A stretch of 64,000 bases of DNA. Source: Patescibacteria group bacterium (GTDB lineage: Bacteria > Patescibacteriota > Microgenomatia > UBA1400 > MFAQ01). Below, piece after piece: positions 37,857-47,156 of this stretch (position 1 is the stretch's first letter; every line of letters starts with the position of its first letter). The stretch is taken from NCBI GenBank assembly GCA_943355005.1, contig CALRDV010000002.1, positions 397-64,396 of the forward strand, read 5' to 3'. The notes under the pieces were generated by a model. It did no database searches. It saw nothing but the letters and a program-made list of their open reading frames with translations, and was not told the DNA's origin. The position numbers were made by a program, and so were the translations under genes.

Positions 37857-39325
37857 TTTAGTCTGTTAGCTATTTCTAATTCAAGATATCCAATTAACTC
37901 TTCCACTTCATTAAAGTCAGTCCAAGGGTGCATTGCTACAAATCTAAATGCTGATCTACCATTATCCACCTCATCGTTAGTCGAAACATAATAACCATAT
38001 TTTGTATCAACTGACTGTTGCACTTCTCGTACGAGCTGATTGTATATTTCCTTACTCAAATTAATATTGCCAGACAGTCCTATTAACAAGGTATTTAACT
38101 CTGGAACATGAAGCGGTCTAAGTAATTCGGAATCAAAAACTCTTTGATAACAATAACTTGTTAACTCTAGAGTATGCTCCAACAGAGCAACAATCCCTTC
38201 TTTTCCTAGAAGTTTTTCAGTAGCCCAAGTAGCCATAACCCCTGCCGAACCCATGGTTCCTTCAACTCGCGCAGCAAATCCAAAATTCCTTTCCTCCGGA
38301 TCTCCTAACAAACCTTTGTTATCTTCCGGTTGAAGATACCTTGCGCTTTTCTGAATTAAAGCATGATCTTTTCGGCTCTTAAACAAAACAGCGCCGGCTT
38401 CATATGGTACATAAAGCATTTTGTGGGGATCTATCGTAATTGAATCGGCTCTATTAATTCCCTTAAAAAGCTCAGATTTACTTGAGAGAACAAATGGCCC
38501 ACCATATGCTGCATCTACATGCAAATGACTTTTAGTAATTGCTGCCAAATTTGCCAATCCTTCTAAATCATCCACTTCAGCAGTTTCAGTTTCTCCCGCC
38601 AAGGCAATTATCGCCATTACATGTTCCCCTTTTCGGTTAATTTTCCAAATTTCTTTCTGAGCTGCTTCGATATCTGTTTTATATCCTTTTCTTGGCAGTA
38701 AAGTTAAAACCACATTCTCTGTTCCTAGTATCACACAAGCTTTATCTATTGAATAATGTCGCATATCATTTACTAGCACATGCAAAATCGTTCCTGGTTT
38801 CCAGTCCTTAGATTCTTTAAGCTGTTTAATCTTTTTTTCTCTTGCCACCCACAGTGCTGCAATATTTGCCAAAGTTCCGTCGGTAACAATATTTCCACTT
38901 GCTTCTTTCCTGTCGTATCCAAACATGTCAATTAACCAGTCGACAGCTTCTAGTTCCATCTTATGTTCAGACATTGAGACCTCCTTAACAATCGTGTTGG
39001 TATTCATATATGCACCAACTAAACTTGCCAATATACCTACCTTACCTCCCTGGGGATGAATCTGACCCATAAACTTATGATCAAATTTTCTTGTTGATGA
39101 TTCCAAAAACAAAAGTTCCCCCATTATCTCGGTCAACTTATCTGATTCTTGTAATCCACATAACCAGTTTTGAGTATTAAAATCCATTTTTTCCACATCT
39201 CCACCTGTAGCATATATTTGAGCCATCGCCCGTATTGTATCGGCACCTAACTCAGCCATTACTTCCGCAGACTCCGGATTTCTAGGATTTACGAAATACT
39301 CTCTAACCTCTTCAATTTTTTTCAT
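37853..39325 (-). CDS. PLP-dependent amino-acid decarboxylase (group II, Glu/Tyr/Asp decarboxylase-like).
   Basis: …SITIDPHKMLYVPY… PLP-lysine motif; 490 aa. Confidence 0.7.
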   Translation of the reverse strand: MKKIEEVREYFVNPRNPESAEVMAELGADTIRAMAQIYATGGDVEKMDFNTQNWLCGLQESDKLTEIMGELLFLESSTRKFDHKFMGQIHPQGGKVGILASLVGAYMNTNTIVKEVSMSEHKMELEAVDWLIDMFGYDRKEASGNIVTDGTLANIAALWVAREKKIKQLKESKDWKPGTILHVLVNDMRHYSIDKACVILGTENVVLTLLPRKGYKTDIEAAQKEIWKINRKGEHVMAIIALAGETETAEVDDLEGLANLAAITKSHLHVDAAYGGPFVLSSKSELFKGINRADSITIDPHKMLYVPYEAGAVLFKSRKDHALIQKSARYLQPEDNKGLLGDPEERNFGFAARVEGTMGSAGVMATWATEKLLGKEGIVALLEHTLELTSYCYQRVFDSELLRPLHVPELNTLLIGLSGNINLSKEIYNQLVREVQQSVDTKYGYYVSTNDEVDNGRSAFRFVAMHPWTDFNEVEELIGYLELEIANRLK

Positions 39326-39363
39326 ATTTTCTGAGATTATTAATTTTTATATTCAAATTCATT

Positions 39364-39390
39364 ACAAAAAAAGCACCCACATGGGTGCTC
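39364..39390 (-). terminator. Terminator after the tyrS-like gene (GAGCACCCATGTGGGTGCTTTTTTT on the minus strand).
   Basis: 7-bp GC stem plus T7. Confidence 0.65.
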
Positions 39391-39466
39391 ACTTTATAAA
39401 CTAATACGCAATAATAAATCATCGGTATTCAAATACTACACCTATATTAATAATTGTCAACATATT

Positions 39467-40732
39467 TTACAGAATCTTGGCATAACTCCTTTTGCCCTTC
39501 TGGATTATCCCTCCGGATGGAATAACAAAGTCAAAACTATTAATTGTTTGTTCATTAACAGACACTCCTTTGTTTAAAATTAACCGTTTTGCTTCACTTC
39601 TGGAAGGTGCAAATCCAATTTTAACCAATACACTTATTACATCTCTAACTTCCACAGAAAATTCTGGCATTTCAACTGGAACATTTTTCTCGCGCACTGT
39701 CTGTGTAAAATGTTTAAGGGCTGCCACGGCAGCCTGACCACCATGATACTGGTAAGTTAGCTCAAAGGCCAATTCCATTTTTACCTCGATTGGATTAATT
39801 TTTTCTTCTCTAAGCAAATCTATTAGCTCTCTAATTCTTTCCATCGGAATTCCGGTGCAGTGAACAAAATAATCATTCATTTCCTCATCTTTCATGCTCA
39901 TCATCTTCCCAAACATATCTATATTCGTATCCATAATATTTACTACATTCCCCCAACTCGAGCTCATTTTTCTACCATCTAATCCATTTATCAAATTCAT
40001 AGTCATCACCGATTGAGATCTTTGTCCGTATTGTCTCTGAATTTCTCTTCCGGCCAACAAGTTGTATCTTTGATCAGTTCCACCAATTTCCACATCGGCA
40101 CTAACAGCAACCGAGTCATAACCTTGCATAAGTGGGTAGAGTAACTCTCTGGCTGACACCCTTTGTCCACTTGTTAGACGGTCACGAATTATATTTCTCT
40201 GTACAAACTCTGATACTGAGAACATGTCAGCCAACCGACAAACTTCCCCAAAAGAAAGTTTACTTAACCACTCGGAATTAAAATGAACTTCTGTTTTTGA
40301 TAAATCCAATATTTTTCCACACTGCTCGGCATATGTGGCCATGTTTTGAGCTATCTTCTCGGATGTTTGCATCGCCCTACCTGTGGGTTTATCACTTGTA
40401 TCACCGACCTCGCCTGTAAAATCACCGATTATTAGTACTATTTGATGACCCAAATCTTGAAATTCCCTGAGCTTTCGCAGGGGCACAGCTCTTCCAATAT
40501 GAATGAAAGGGCTTGTTGGATCGGTTCCAAATTTAATTCTAAGTTTTTCACCACTTAACAATCTTTCTCTCAAATCATCTCCAATCACCTCATTAACACC
40601 TCTGGTCAACAACGCATCCACTCTTCTTTCCAGTTCTTTTTTTTCATCTTCCACACAACTAGGATCAAAAAAAGCTTTTTCTTTAATCATGCGCTGATAA
40701 TATTCCCTATATTTTAAAAAAGCAAGATACAA
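39467..40732 (-). CDS. Tyrosyl-tRNA-synthetase-like paralog with degenerate HIGH motif (FIHIGRA), KMSSSWGN and C-terminal S4-like domain.
   Basis: …GTDPTSPFIHIGRAVPLRKL…IIGDFTGEVGDTSDK…MQGYDS…KMSSSWGN…; 421 aa; tightly packed with three upstream genes. Confidence 0.7.
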   Translation of the reverse strand: MYLAFLKYREYYQRMIKEKAFFDPSCVEDEKKELERRVDALLTRGVNEVIGDDLRERLLSGEKLRIKFGTDPTSPFIHIGRAVPLRKLREFQDLGHQIVLIIGDFTGEVGDTSDKPTGRAMQTSEKIAQNMATYAEQCGKILDLSKTEVHFNSEWLSKLSFGEVCRLADMFSVSEFVQRNIIRDRLTSGQRVSARELLYPLMQGYDSVAVSADVEIGGTDQRYNLLAGREIQRQYGQRSQSVMTMNLINGLDGRKMSSSWGNVVNIMDTNIDMFGKMMSMKDEEMNDYFVHCTGIPMERIRELIDLLREEKINPIEVKMELAFELTYQYHGGQAAVAALKHFTQTVREKNVPVEMPEFSVEVRDVISVLVKIGFAPSRSEAKRLILNKGVSVNEQTINSFDFVIPSGGIIQKGKRSYAKIL

Positions 40733-40747
40733 AGTACTCTTTTTGAA

Positions 40748-41620
40748 CTATTTCGGACTACAAACATATGCTCCTACAATTAGAGCATGTCCTCTGGTCA
40801 AACAATCATTTAAGTCTGTACCATTTTTTAGTAAATATTCAATCATTTGTCTCGGAATTGTTTTTGACCAATCAATATCATCCATGTAGTTGCTTATCAT
40901 ATTTTCCCAAGTACTTCCATCTCCATACATCCCATACGCTCCCCAATGAATAGATGAATCTTTGGCATCAAAATGAGAATCCTTTCTATTATTTCTGGAA
41001 ATGAACCCATTTGCGACCAATGCATTCACCGAATCGATCCATTCAGAACAAGGGTTAGATTCAAAAGGGTACAGACTAACTTCTTTGGGTAGGCAATTCT
41101 TCAGAGCACCCAACATCATGGGGTTTTGAGTTCTAGTTAGTATTACAGTATCCCTGTTCCAATTGTTTTTTAAAAAATTATTCAAGCATATTTCTCCCAG
41201 CTTTCCCCCTACACCACCAGATCTAACCTTATCAGCCACACCAACAATATCCACATAATATACATTTCGACCCCTCGCATCTAGACTGTATTTTTCACCC
41301 CAAAAACCGTAAAACTTTTCTCCATCAGTTATCAAATTAATTCCGGCGTTTTGAAAGTCGACTAAACTAACTCCATTCAAACTCATGGCCTTTTGAAAAC
41401 ACGCAGATGCCAAAAGAGCTAATCCGATTTTATGTTTTACAGTTACAAAATTTTCGGATTTCAAGAAAACCACACTTAGTCCACTCAAATTACCTACTTC
41501 TAAACCTTTTTGAGAGGCTAGCTTGACTAATTCCTCTATTTCGACCAGATTACCAAGACTATCAATATCAACCACTAATTTGCTTCTTTCCATTTGGGAC
41601 TCCGAATATTCTTCCTTCAC
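40748..41620 (-). CDS. Hypothetical protein, 290 aa.
   Basis: ORF; 15-nt gap to tyrS-like, 1-nt gap to HD gene. Confidence 0.5.
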   Translation of the reverse strand: MKEEYSESQMERSKLVVDIDSLGNLVEIEELVKLASQKGLEVGNLSGLSVVFLKSENFVTVKHKIGLALLASACFQKAMSLNGVSLVDFQNAGINLITDGEKFYGFWGEKYSLDARGRNVYYVDIVGVADKVRSGGVGGKLGEICLNNFLKNNWNRDTVILTRTQNPMMLGALKNCLPKEVSLYPFESNPCSEWIDSVNALVANGFISRNNRKDSHFDAKDSSIHWGAYGMYGDGSTWENMISNYMDDIDWSKTIPRQMIEYLLKNGTDLNDCLTRGHALIVGAYVCSPK

Positions 41621-41621
41621 T

Positions 41622-42350
41622 TTATTTCAAATATTTACATTTTAGCTGATCGGATAAATTCAGGATCCATTTATCTCTCTCGTTATCCTCCAGCTTGTTT
41701 ACTATTTTGTCGGCATTCATTCCCAACCAGGCTAATTCTGATATTTCCTTCATCAACACCATCGACCTTTTAGTATCATCAAAAAACATATTTCCAGTTT
41801 CGTTTAAATTCCTAACTAAGTTATTTGCTGTTTTTGTCATCAAGTGAGATTGTCTGGTTTTAAGATGATTCCTGAGTTCATTTAAGTCACTTTCACTTTC
41901 CAAGACTCTATTTTTCAGCATATTTGTTGTTTTCCATACATGTCTCACAATTCCCAGTGACCCACATTTATCAATGGCGTCGGCGTCATGCACGATCTTA
42001 GACTCCATTGAGCGGTCTGAATTTTCATATTCATGACCAGCCACAGCATCCACTATGCTATCTTTAATATTTTCCTCAATAGGATAATTATCCAAAAACT
42101 TTCTTGTCTCAATTCCAACCCTTTTACTTTCATAGTCGCTTCCGGTGGCCAGGGATACATCATGCACCCAAGCCCCAACAATTGTCACAAAGGGGTTGCC
42201 CCCTTCCTTTTTAAGCAAAAATTTTGCTATTTTATTAACTCTAAACAAATGGGTATTGCCGTAAGATTTTCCTCCGAATGCGTCTTCCCAATCCAGCCGG
42301 ACAGCGTCTCTTCCAATCATATCAATTAGACCAATCTGTGCTTTAGTCAT
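41622..42350 (-). CDS. HD-superfamily phosphohydrolase.
   Basis: …VGAWVHDVS…, …VHDADAIDK… motifs. Confidence 0.65.
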   Translation of the reverse strand: MTKAQIGLIDMIGRDAVRLDWEDAFGGKSYGNTHLFRVNKIAKFLLKKEGGNPFVTIVGAWVHDVSLATGSDYESKRVGIETRKFLDNYPIEENIKDSIVDAVAGHEYENSDRSMESKIVHDADAIDKCGSLGIVRHVWKTTNMLKNRVLESESDLNELRNHLKTRQSHLMTKTANNLVRNLNETGNMFFDDTKRSMVLMKEISELAWLGMNADKIVNKLEDNERDKWILNLSDQLKCKYLK

Positions 42351-44643
42351 TTCTAAAAACTAGCTTAATTCCTAAGTTTAAACAAATATTCGCAAAGTGG
42401 CTTGTACGTGGAATCCTGTGGGATAAATTTATCGCAGAAATTTTATCCTTATTCCTCACCAAACATCTAAATAATTCACCTTGGAACTGATCGATATTAA
42501 TTTTATCGTCCAACATTAAGCCCACAGCAGACTCTTTTATTTCGAGGGCACCTAAATCTTGAAGATTTGATACTTTAAACCATTTCTTAGGATCTTCCTT
42601 GTGAACTTCATTTCGCTCTGATTTTGAATTTAACATTCTTAGTTGCAATATGCGGCTTCCCTTCTGATTTTCCAAAAATTCCATATCTGTCCTGCCTCCC
42701 AATACATGCTCTGCCAAAACAGACAAGTCACCAAACAGCTCAATTGTATCTTGTTTCATCCATCCGTTCGTTAATTCAGCAATGATTTCACCATCGTTTT
42801 TCTCAACCATATCAAACCTCCTATGTCCTCCAACTACATTACCTGGAGTTTCCCCGGTAAAAATTGTCCAATCATCACCATTTCCTTTTGAAAAAACTAC
42901 ACCACCTGCACCTTGATCAAACACATGTATCAGCACTGCAAAAACCGGCTCATCGGATAGACCATGAAGATGTCTGTAACTCACTGCCTTTTCCGAGAAG
43001 AATGAACACAAAACTTTTTTTATAGCTATTCCCAAATCGGCCCTTTTCACACCAACCTCACTTTCGTAAATTCCTGCAGCAGTTCCATTTACCAAGGTAT
43101 CCTCATCAAAAGAAGATGATCTTACAGCCAAGCGATCTCCGCTTACAGACATCAAAACTCGCTCAGAAATTGATTTTGGAAATTCCAACCTCTGTATCTT
43201 TTTTGTTATTTCATTGGAAATCCAAATCTTGTCTTCAATATTTACTGTCTTATTTAAAGTTGAAATCTGTTCGGCAATATTTGAATCCTTCGCCATCCAG
43301 TTATTCAAAGCCTCACTTGTAACCACCACCCCATCTCCTACCAACTCCTTTCCAAATATTTTAATAGCTTCATACAAACCGGCAGCTTTCCCTCCTACCA
43401 GGAAACGATTATTACTCTCTCCCAAGGGGATGGTCGTTTCATTTAATTCCATTTCCACCATTTTTGCCGCGATCTCAGCTACCATTCTGTTTTCTGACTC
43501 TGCCACAGTTTTTAAAAGTTGTTTTTCGATCCAATTATTTTCAAACATCCACAAAGCAAATCTACCTCTGGCTGAAGATGCATCCAAATTCGACAACTGC
43601 GGCAATATTTTTTCCAAAAACTCTTTACGGTGTCCGGGCACTATTTGGCTTGCATCGGCCAATTCTGCAATAATCTGATTTGAAGTTTCACAAACGGCTG
43701 CATATTTCCATCCGGCAGATTTATCAAAATTTTCCTGGTCTTTTTCAATTGTAGTCCAGTTTAAAAATCTAATTAAACCATTCATATCTCTGGCAATCGA
43801 AGCTAAACTCAATTCTTTTGGAAAGCCGTCGACCTTCAATAATTGATTGACTGCATCTCTCTCTTCCAAATCACCCTTTTTCCCTCCGACACTTACTGGA
43901 ATCCACTCCAATGCATTTGCGGCAAAAACAACTTGTTCGATAGTAGTACCCGCTTTTCGCGCAACTCTCATAAGAATAGCCAATTTGTCCAAATCCCGAA
44001 TATTTGAAGTTTCGGTCTCAATTGTGTTCCAGTTCAAATTGTTCCAATCTAATTTATTTGCATGCACCAAATCCCCAAGTGCAGACGGCAAAAGCATTCC
44101 TGCCATATCCAAGAACCCTCCTTGAGTATCTGAATCCTGGTCACCGGAAAAAGGATTACCGGGCGTCTCATTACCGTCACCCACCATCGCTTCAATATGG
44201 TAAAACGGAGCCGCAAAAGCAAAGGCTATTTTCAATCTCCAAAAAAGTTCTGTCAGTCTTTCATTTTTATCCTCAGGTAGCTTTCTTTCACTGAATATTT
44301 TAAATAATCTCCGATCACTTAGTTCGGATATATTTCGCCATTTTTCCAACTCTTCCCATGCCAATACCGGACTACCTTTCATCTTATTTTCCCACTCCTC
44401 TACCACCTCCCAATCCAATAAAGAAACTTCCTGATTAGATTCCAAAAAAGGTATTACTGGTACTGCCCACGTCTTAAAAATTCCAATTGTTTCTCCTGAA
44501 CCCAAAATAACTTTAAACTCATCATCTTCATCTCCAGAAAATAAGTTTACTTTTGTCACTAATCTTTTTCCTCGCTTTAGTTCAGCAATTTTTTTTTCTA
44601 CTAGACTTGAACTTCCCAATTCAATATTTTTATTTTTTTCCAT
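42343..44643 (-). CDS. Large protein with a C-terminal PEP-utilising-enzyme nucleotide-binding domain (PPDK_N/PEP-synthase-like) and an uncharacterised about 400-aa N-terminal region.
   Basis: …VGGKAAGLYEA…, …AVRSSSFDEDTLVNGTAAGIYESEVGV… (compare VRSSAxxED..SFAGQ); 766 aa. Confidence 0.6.
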   Translation of the reverse strand: MEKNKNIELGSSSLVEKKIAELKRGKRLVTKVNLFSGDEDDEFKVILGSGETIGIFKTWAVPVIPFLESNQEVSLLDWEVVEEWENKMKGSPVLAWEELEKWRNISELSDRRLFKIFSERKLPEDKNERLTELFWRLKIAFAFAAPFYHIEAMVGDGNETPGNPFSGDQDSDTQGGFLDMAGMLLPSALGDLVHANKLDWNNLNWNTIETETSNIRDLDKLAILMRVARKAGTTIEQVVFAANALEWIPVSVGGKKGDLEERDAVNQLLKVDGFPKELSLASIARDMNGLIRFLNWTTIEKDQENFDKSAGWKYAAVCETSNQIIAELADASQIVPGHRKEFLEKILPQLSNLDASSARGRFALWMFENNWIEKQLLKTVAESENRMVAEIAAKMVEMELNETTIPLGESNNRFLVGGKAAGLYEAIKIFGKELVGDGVVVTSEALNNWMAKDSNIAEQISTLNKTVNIEDKIWISNEITKKIQRLEFPKSISERVLMSVSGDRLAVRSSSFDEDTLVNGTAAGIYESEVGVKRADLGIAIKKVLCSFFSEKAVSYRHLHGLSDEPVFAVLIHVFDQGAGGVVFSKGNGDDWTIFTGETPGNVVGGHRRFDMVEKNDGEIIAELTNGWMKQDTIELFGDLSVLAEHVLGGRTDMEFLENQKGSRILQLRMLNSKSERNEVHKEDPKKWFKVSNLQDLGALEIKESAVGLMLDDKINIDQFQGELFRCLVRNKDKISAINLSHRIPRTSHFANICLNLGIKLVFRND

Positions 44644-44997
44644 TTTATTGTTTTATTTATAACAAAAAAACCCTCGTCAAACCCCAAAAATTAGGGTTGG
44701 ACAAGGGCCTTTTAAAAAAGACGATACCACCTTGTATTTGTCATCGCCGGAGCGATGACCTTCTCGAACGCTCGTTTACCCATTGGGTGACACGTTCTTT
44801 CTCTATACCGGGAGAACCCGTATCTTGTTACCAAGATCAGCTCAGGAGGGTTAATTCGACAAACAAAGTACGGTTTGCTTTCACCACCCGCAAACTCTCT
44901 AGTGTCACCTTTTCGGTCTACTTTTTCTCCTTCAACGCTTTATTGATTCATTTTAAAGAATAATCAAATGTATCACATCCAAACAAAAAGTCAATAA
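44644..44997. other. About 350-bp non-coding interval with stable hairpins (e.g. GTCATCGCCGGAGCGATGAC). Candidate ncRNA or long leader; not identified.
   Basis: No credible ORF; GC-rich stems; lies between two minus-strand genes. Confidence 0.3.
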
Positions 44998-45330
44998 TCA
45001 TGACAATACACTCATAAGCAAATTATCTCTGCGGTAGTTACGCAAATACATTGGAGAGTCTTGTTCACTTCCAAAATATGGGGGTTCCTTACCAACTCCG
45101 ACACCATCCCAAATATAAGTCTCATCGTTTAATTCAATTTTCAAAAATGAGTGCCACAATCCATACTCATATTCAACCTCTACAGTTTCAAAAACCAAGT
45201 TAATTTCACTTCTAATTAACTCTTTCATGATCAAAAAACACCATTCTCTGCACTTTCCAGGTACAGATACTAATAAAAGTTCGGGGTTTTTTGATATACT
45301 TTCTCGAAAACTACAAAACTCACTTAACAT
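44998..45330 (-). CDS. Hypothetical protein, about 110 aa. The track ORF reaches 45384 but would overlap the divergent gene's start.
   Basis: ORF only. Confidence 0.35.
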   Translation of the reverse strand: MLSEFCSFRESISKNPELLLVSVPGKCREWCFLIMKELIRSEINLVFETVEVEYEYGLWHSFLKIELNDETYIWDGVGVGKEPPYFGSEQDSPMYLRNYRRDNLLMSVLS

Positions 45331-45346
45331 ACGACTATAATATCTT

Positions 45347-47002
45347 ATGTCTGAATCCCAAAATCCAAACACTCCCCCGGCCACAGTCGAGTCCCTAGAC
45401 CTCCACGTTCGCTCCTATCGATCGGCCCTTACCAGTACTCACGAGATCACCATAAACTCCCTGACCAACTCTCACCTCAAGATGGATCCAATCTTGCATC
45501 AGTTTGGTAGCGACCCAAACAAAGTGGACGTCTCAGCCATCGTCTACTCTGTTTTACGTCTACCGGAAGAGATAGATCTGATTCAAAAAGTCATCGCAGC
45601 ACCAACTCCCGACGTATTCTCAAATCACGGTTTTGTTGATGTTCACCTCTGGCCAAACGTGAAAGCCCCCGCCAGAAGACGCAAATACCATTACGATGAA
45701 GTCAAAAGACTTCTTGCTTGTTTCATCATATCTATCTCCGACATTGATGACCTGGTAAACCTACTTATCGCTTTTCAAGTGGAGTGGAACAAGCTTCATC
45801 TCCTGCTCAAGAATCACACCATAGACGAGATACTTACCTCGGAAGAAATTGGCAATCTATCAAAAGCCTTTGGCTCTAACTTTCAAAAACGTTTTGAACG
45901 AATCAAAGATCATCCTTTAGATCTTCGTATTCAATTACTGGCTGGTTCTTGGGTGGATTATTGTAAAGCCACTCAAAAGTGGTGGAGAAGTATTTCCAAG
46001 ATTACAGATAAAAAATTAAAACTCTCCAAGAGATCCGTCTATTTTGTCAGTTCGAATAATCACAGCATTCTCAATCTTATTTCCGGCTTTGCTCTTAAGG
46101 AAAAAGAGAGCATTTTAAAATTCCTCCAAGAGAAAAAGCCTGAGCTCTATCAAGTTTACGAAGCAATCAAAAGTGGTGAGAACCATTTGCCCGAAAATGA
46201 TTTCCTCTATTTCGTCACCAAGTTCTACACTGATATCCCCGAAAACAAAGATGCGAAGAACGCTCTTGAGGAAAAAATAAAGCTTACCACTATACCTAGC
46301 TCCAAATCATTAGATATTAACACTCAAATAATCGCAGTCAAAGATCTTGCTGGTTCCAAACACCTAGATCCAAGGCTCAAAATCACCTCACCTGACAAGC
46401 TCAGTGAATCAGATGCCTTAATCTTTAACATCGACTACCCACTAGGTTTTGCCGCTTATCACATCCTTTCCGAAGTCATGGAAAATGTTCGAGAAATCAA
46501 GGGTGTCTACGTCATGGGCAAAGCTGCAGTACTCAACAGTGAAATCGGCGATATTCAAATTCCTAGATTGGTCTATGACGAACACACCGGTAATTCATAT
46601 ATTTTCCGAAATTGTTTCAACACTTTCTTCCCTTTTGTAAACAATCAAGGTTCCATTCTTACCAATCAGAAAGCTGTTTCTGTTTTGGGTACCTACATCG
46701 AGAACGAAGCTCTCATCAAAAAATACTCAGAGGACAACCTAACTGTCATAGAGATGGAGTCTGGTCCTTACCTTGAAGCCGTCAGTGAAGCCACCTTCGA
46801 TCACCGACACACCACAGACGAAACAGTGGACCTCAGCACCGCCCCATTCGACATCGGCATTGTCGACTACACCTCAGACACACCCTACTCCAAAGCCAAG
46901 AACATGGGAGTCAAAACCCTCACTTTGGACGGCCTAGAACCCACCTACTTGGCCTCTCTAGCCATCCTCCAGCGCATCATCAACCTCGAAGAATCCCGCT
47001 AA
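45347..47002 (+). CDS. Protein with an uncharacterised N-terminal half and a C-terminal PNP_UDP-type nucleoside phosphorylase/nucleosidase-like domain. Apparently leaderless: TATAAT at 45335 sits 6 nt before the ATG.
   Basis: …VMGKAAVLNSEIGDIQIP…, …VIEMESGPYLEAV… (compare MTA nucleosidase VEMEATAIA); 551 aa. Confidence 0.55.
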   Translation: MSESQNPNTPPATVESLDLHVRSYRSALTSTHEITINSLTNSHLKMDPILHQFGSDPNKVDVSAIVYSVLRLPEEIDLIQKVIAAPTPDVFSNHGFVDVHLWPNVKAPARRRKYHYDEVKRLLACFIISISDIDDLVNLLIAFQVEWNKLHLLLKNHTIDEILTSEEIGNLSKAFGSNFQKRFERIKDHPLDLRIQLLAGSWVDYCKATQKWWRSISKITDKKLKLSKRSVYFVSSNNHSILNLISGFALKEKESILKFLQEKKPELYQVYEAIKSGENHLPENDFLYFVTKFYTDIPENKDAKNALEEKIKLTTIPSSKSLDINTQIIAVKDLAGSKHLDPRLKITSPDKLSESDALIFNIDYPLGFAAYHILSEVMENVREIKGVYVMGKAAVLNSEIGDIQIPRLVYDEHTGNSYIFRNCFNTFFPFVNNQGSILTNQKAVSVLGTYIENEALIKKYSEDNLTVIEMESGPYLEAVSEATFDHRHTTDETVDLSTAPFDIGIVDYTSDTPYSKAKNMGVKTLTLDGLEPTYLASLAILQRIINLEESR

Positions 47003-47022
47003 ACAATCACTCTCAGACACTC

Positions 47023-47047
47023 GTCATTCCTGCGAAGGCAGGAATCC
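47023..47047. repeat. Type-A element GTCATTCCTGCGAAGGCAGGAATCC.
   Basis: Family termini. Confidence 0.8.
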
Positions 47048-47064
47048 ATCAAATAAACTCCAAT

Positions 47065-47090
47065 GTCATTCCCGACCTGATCGGGAATCC
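47065..47090. repeat. Type-A element GTCATTCCCGACCTGATCGGGAATCC.
   Basis: Identical to the 10390 copy. Confidence 0.85.
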
Positions 47091-47117
47091 ATATGGAACA
47101 TTTTATCAATTTTAGAT

Positions 47118-47137
47118 AGTTGGCGGGCTTCGAAACA
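47118..47137. repeat. Partial long-repeat terminus (TTGGCGGGCTTCGAAACAAG).
   Basis: Matches the GGCG.GG.TTCGAAC 3' terminus of copies A-C. Confidence 0.5.
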
Positions 47138-47156
47138 AGTAGAAATTAAAGAGATA

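Noticed and set aside
44644-44997. Resemblance of CUGAGC…CUGAUCUUGGUAACAAGAUACGGG (minus strand) to TPP-riboswitch segments.
   Set aside because: The CUGAG and UGAUC blocks are adjacent rather than separated by the P3 stem. The architecture does not fit the TPP aptamer.
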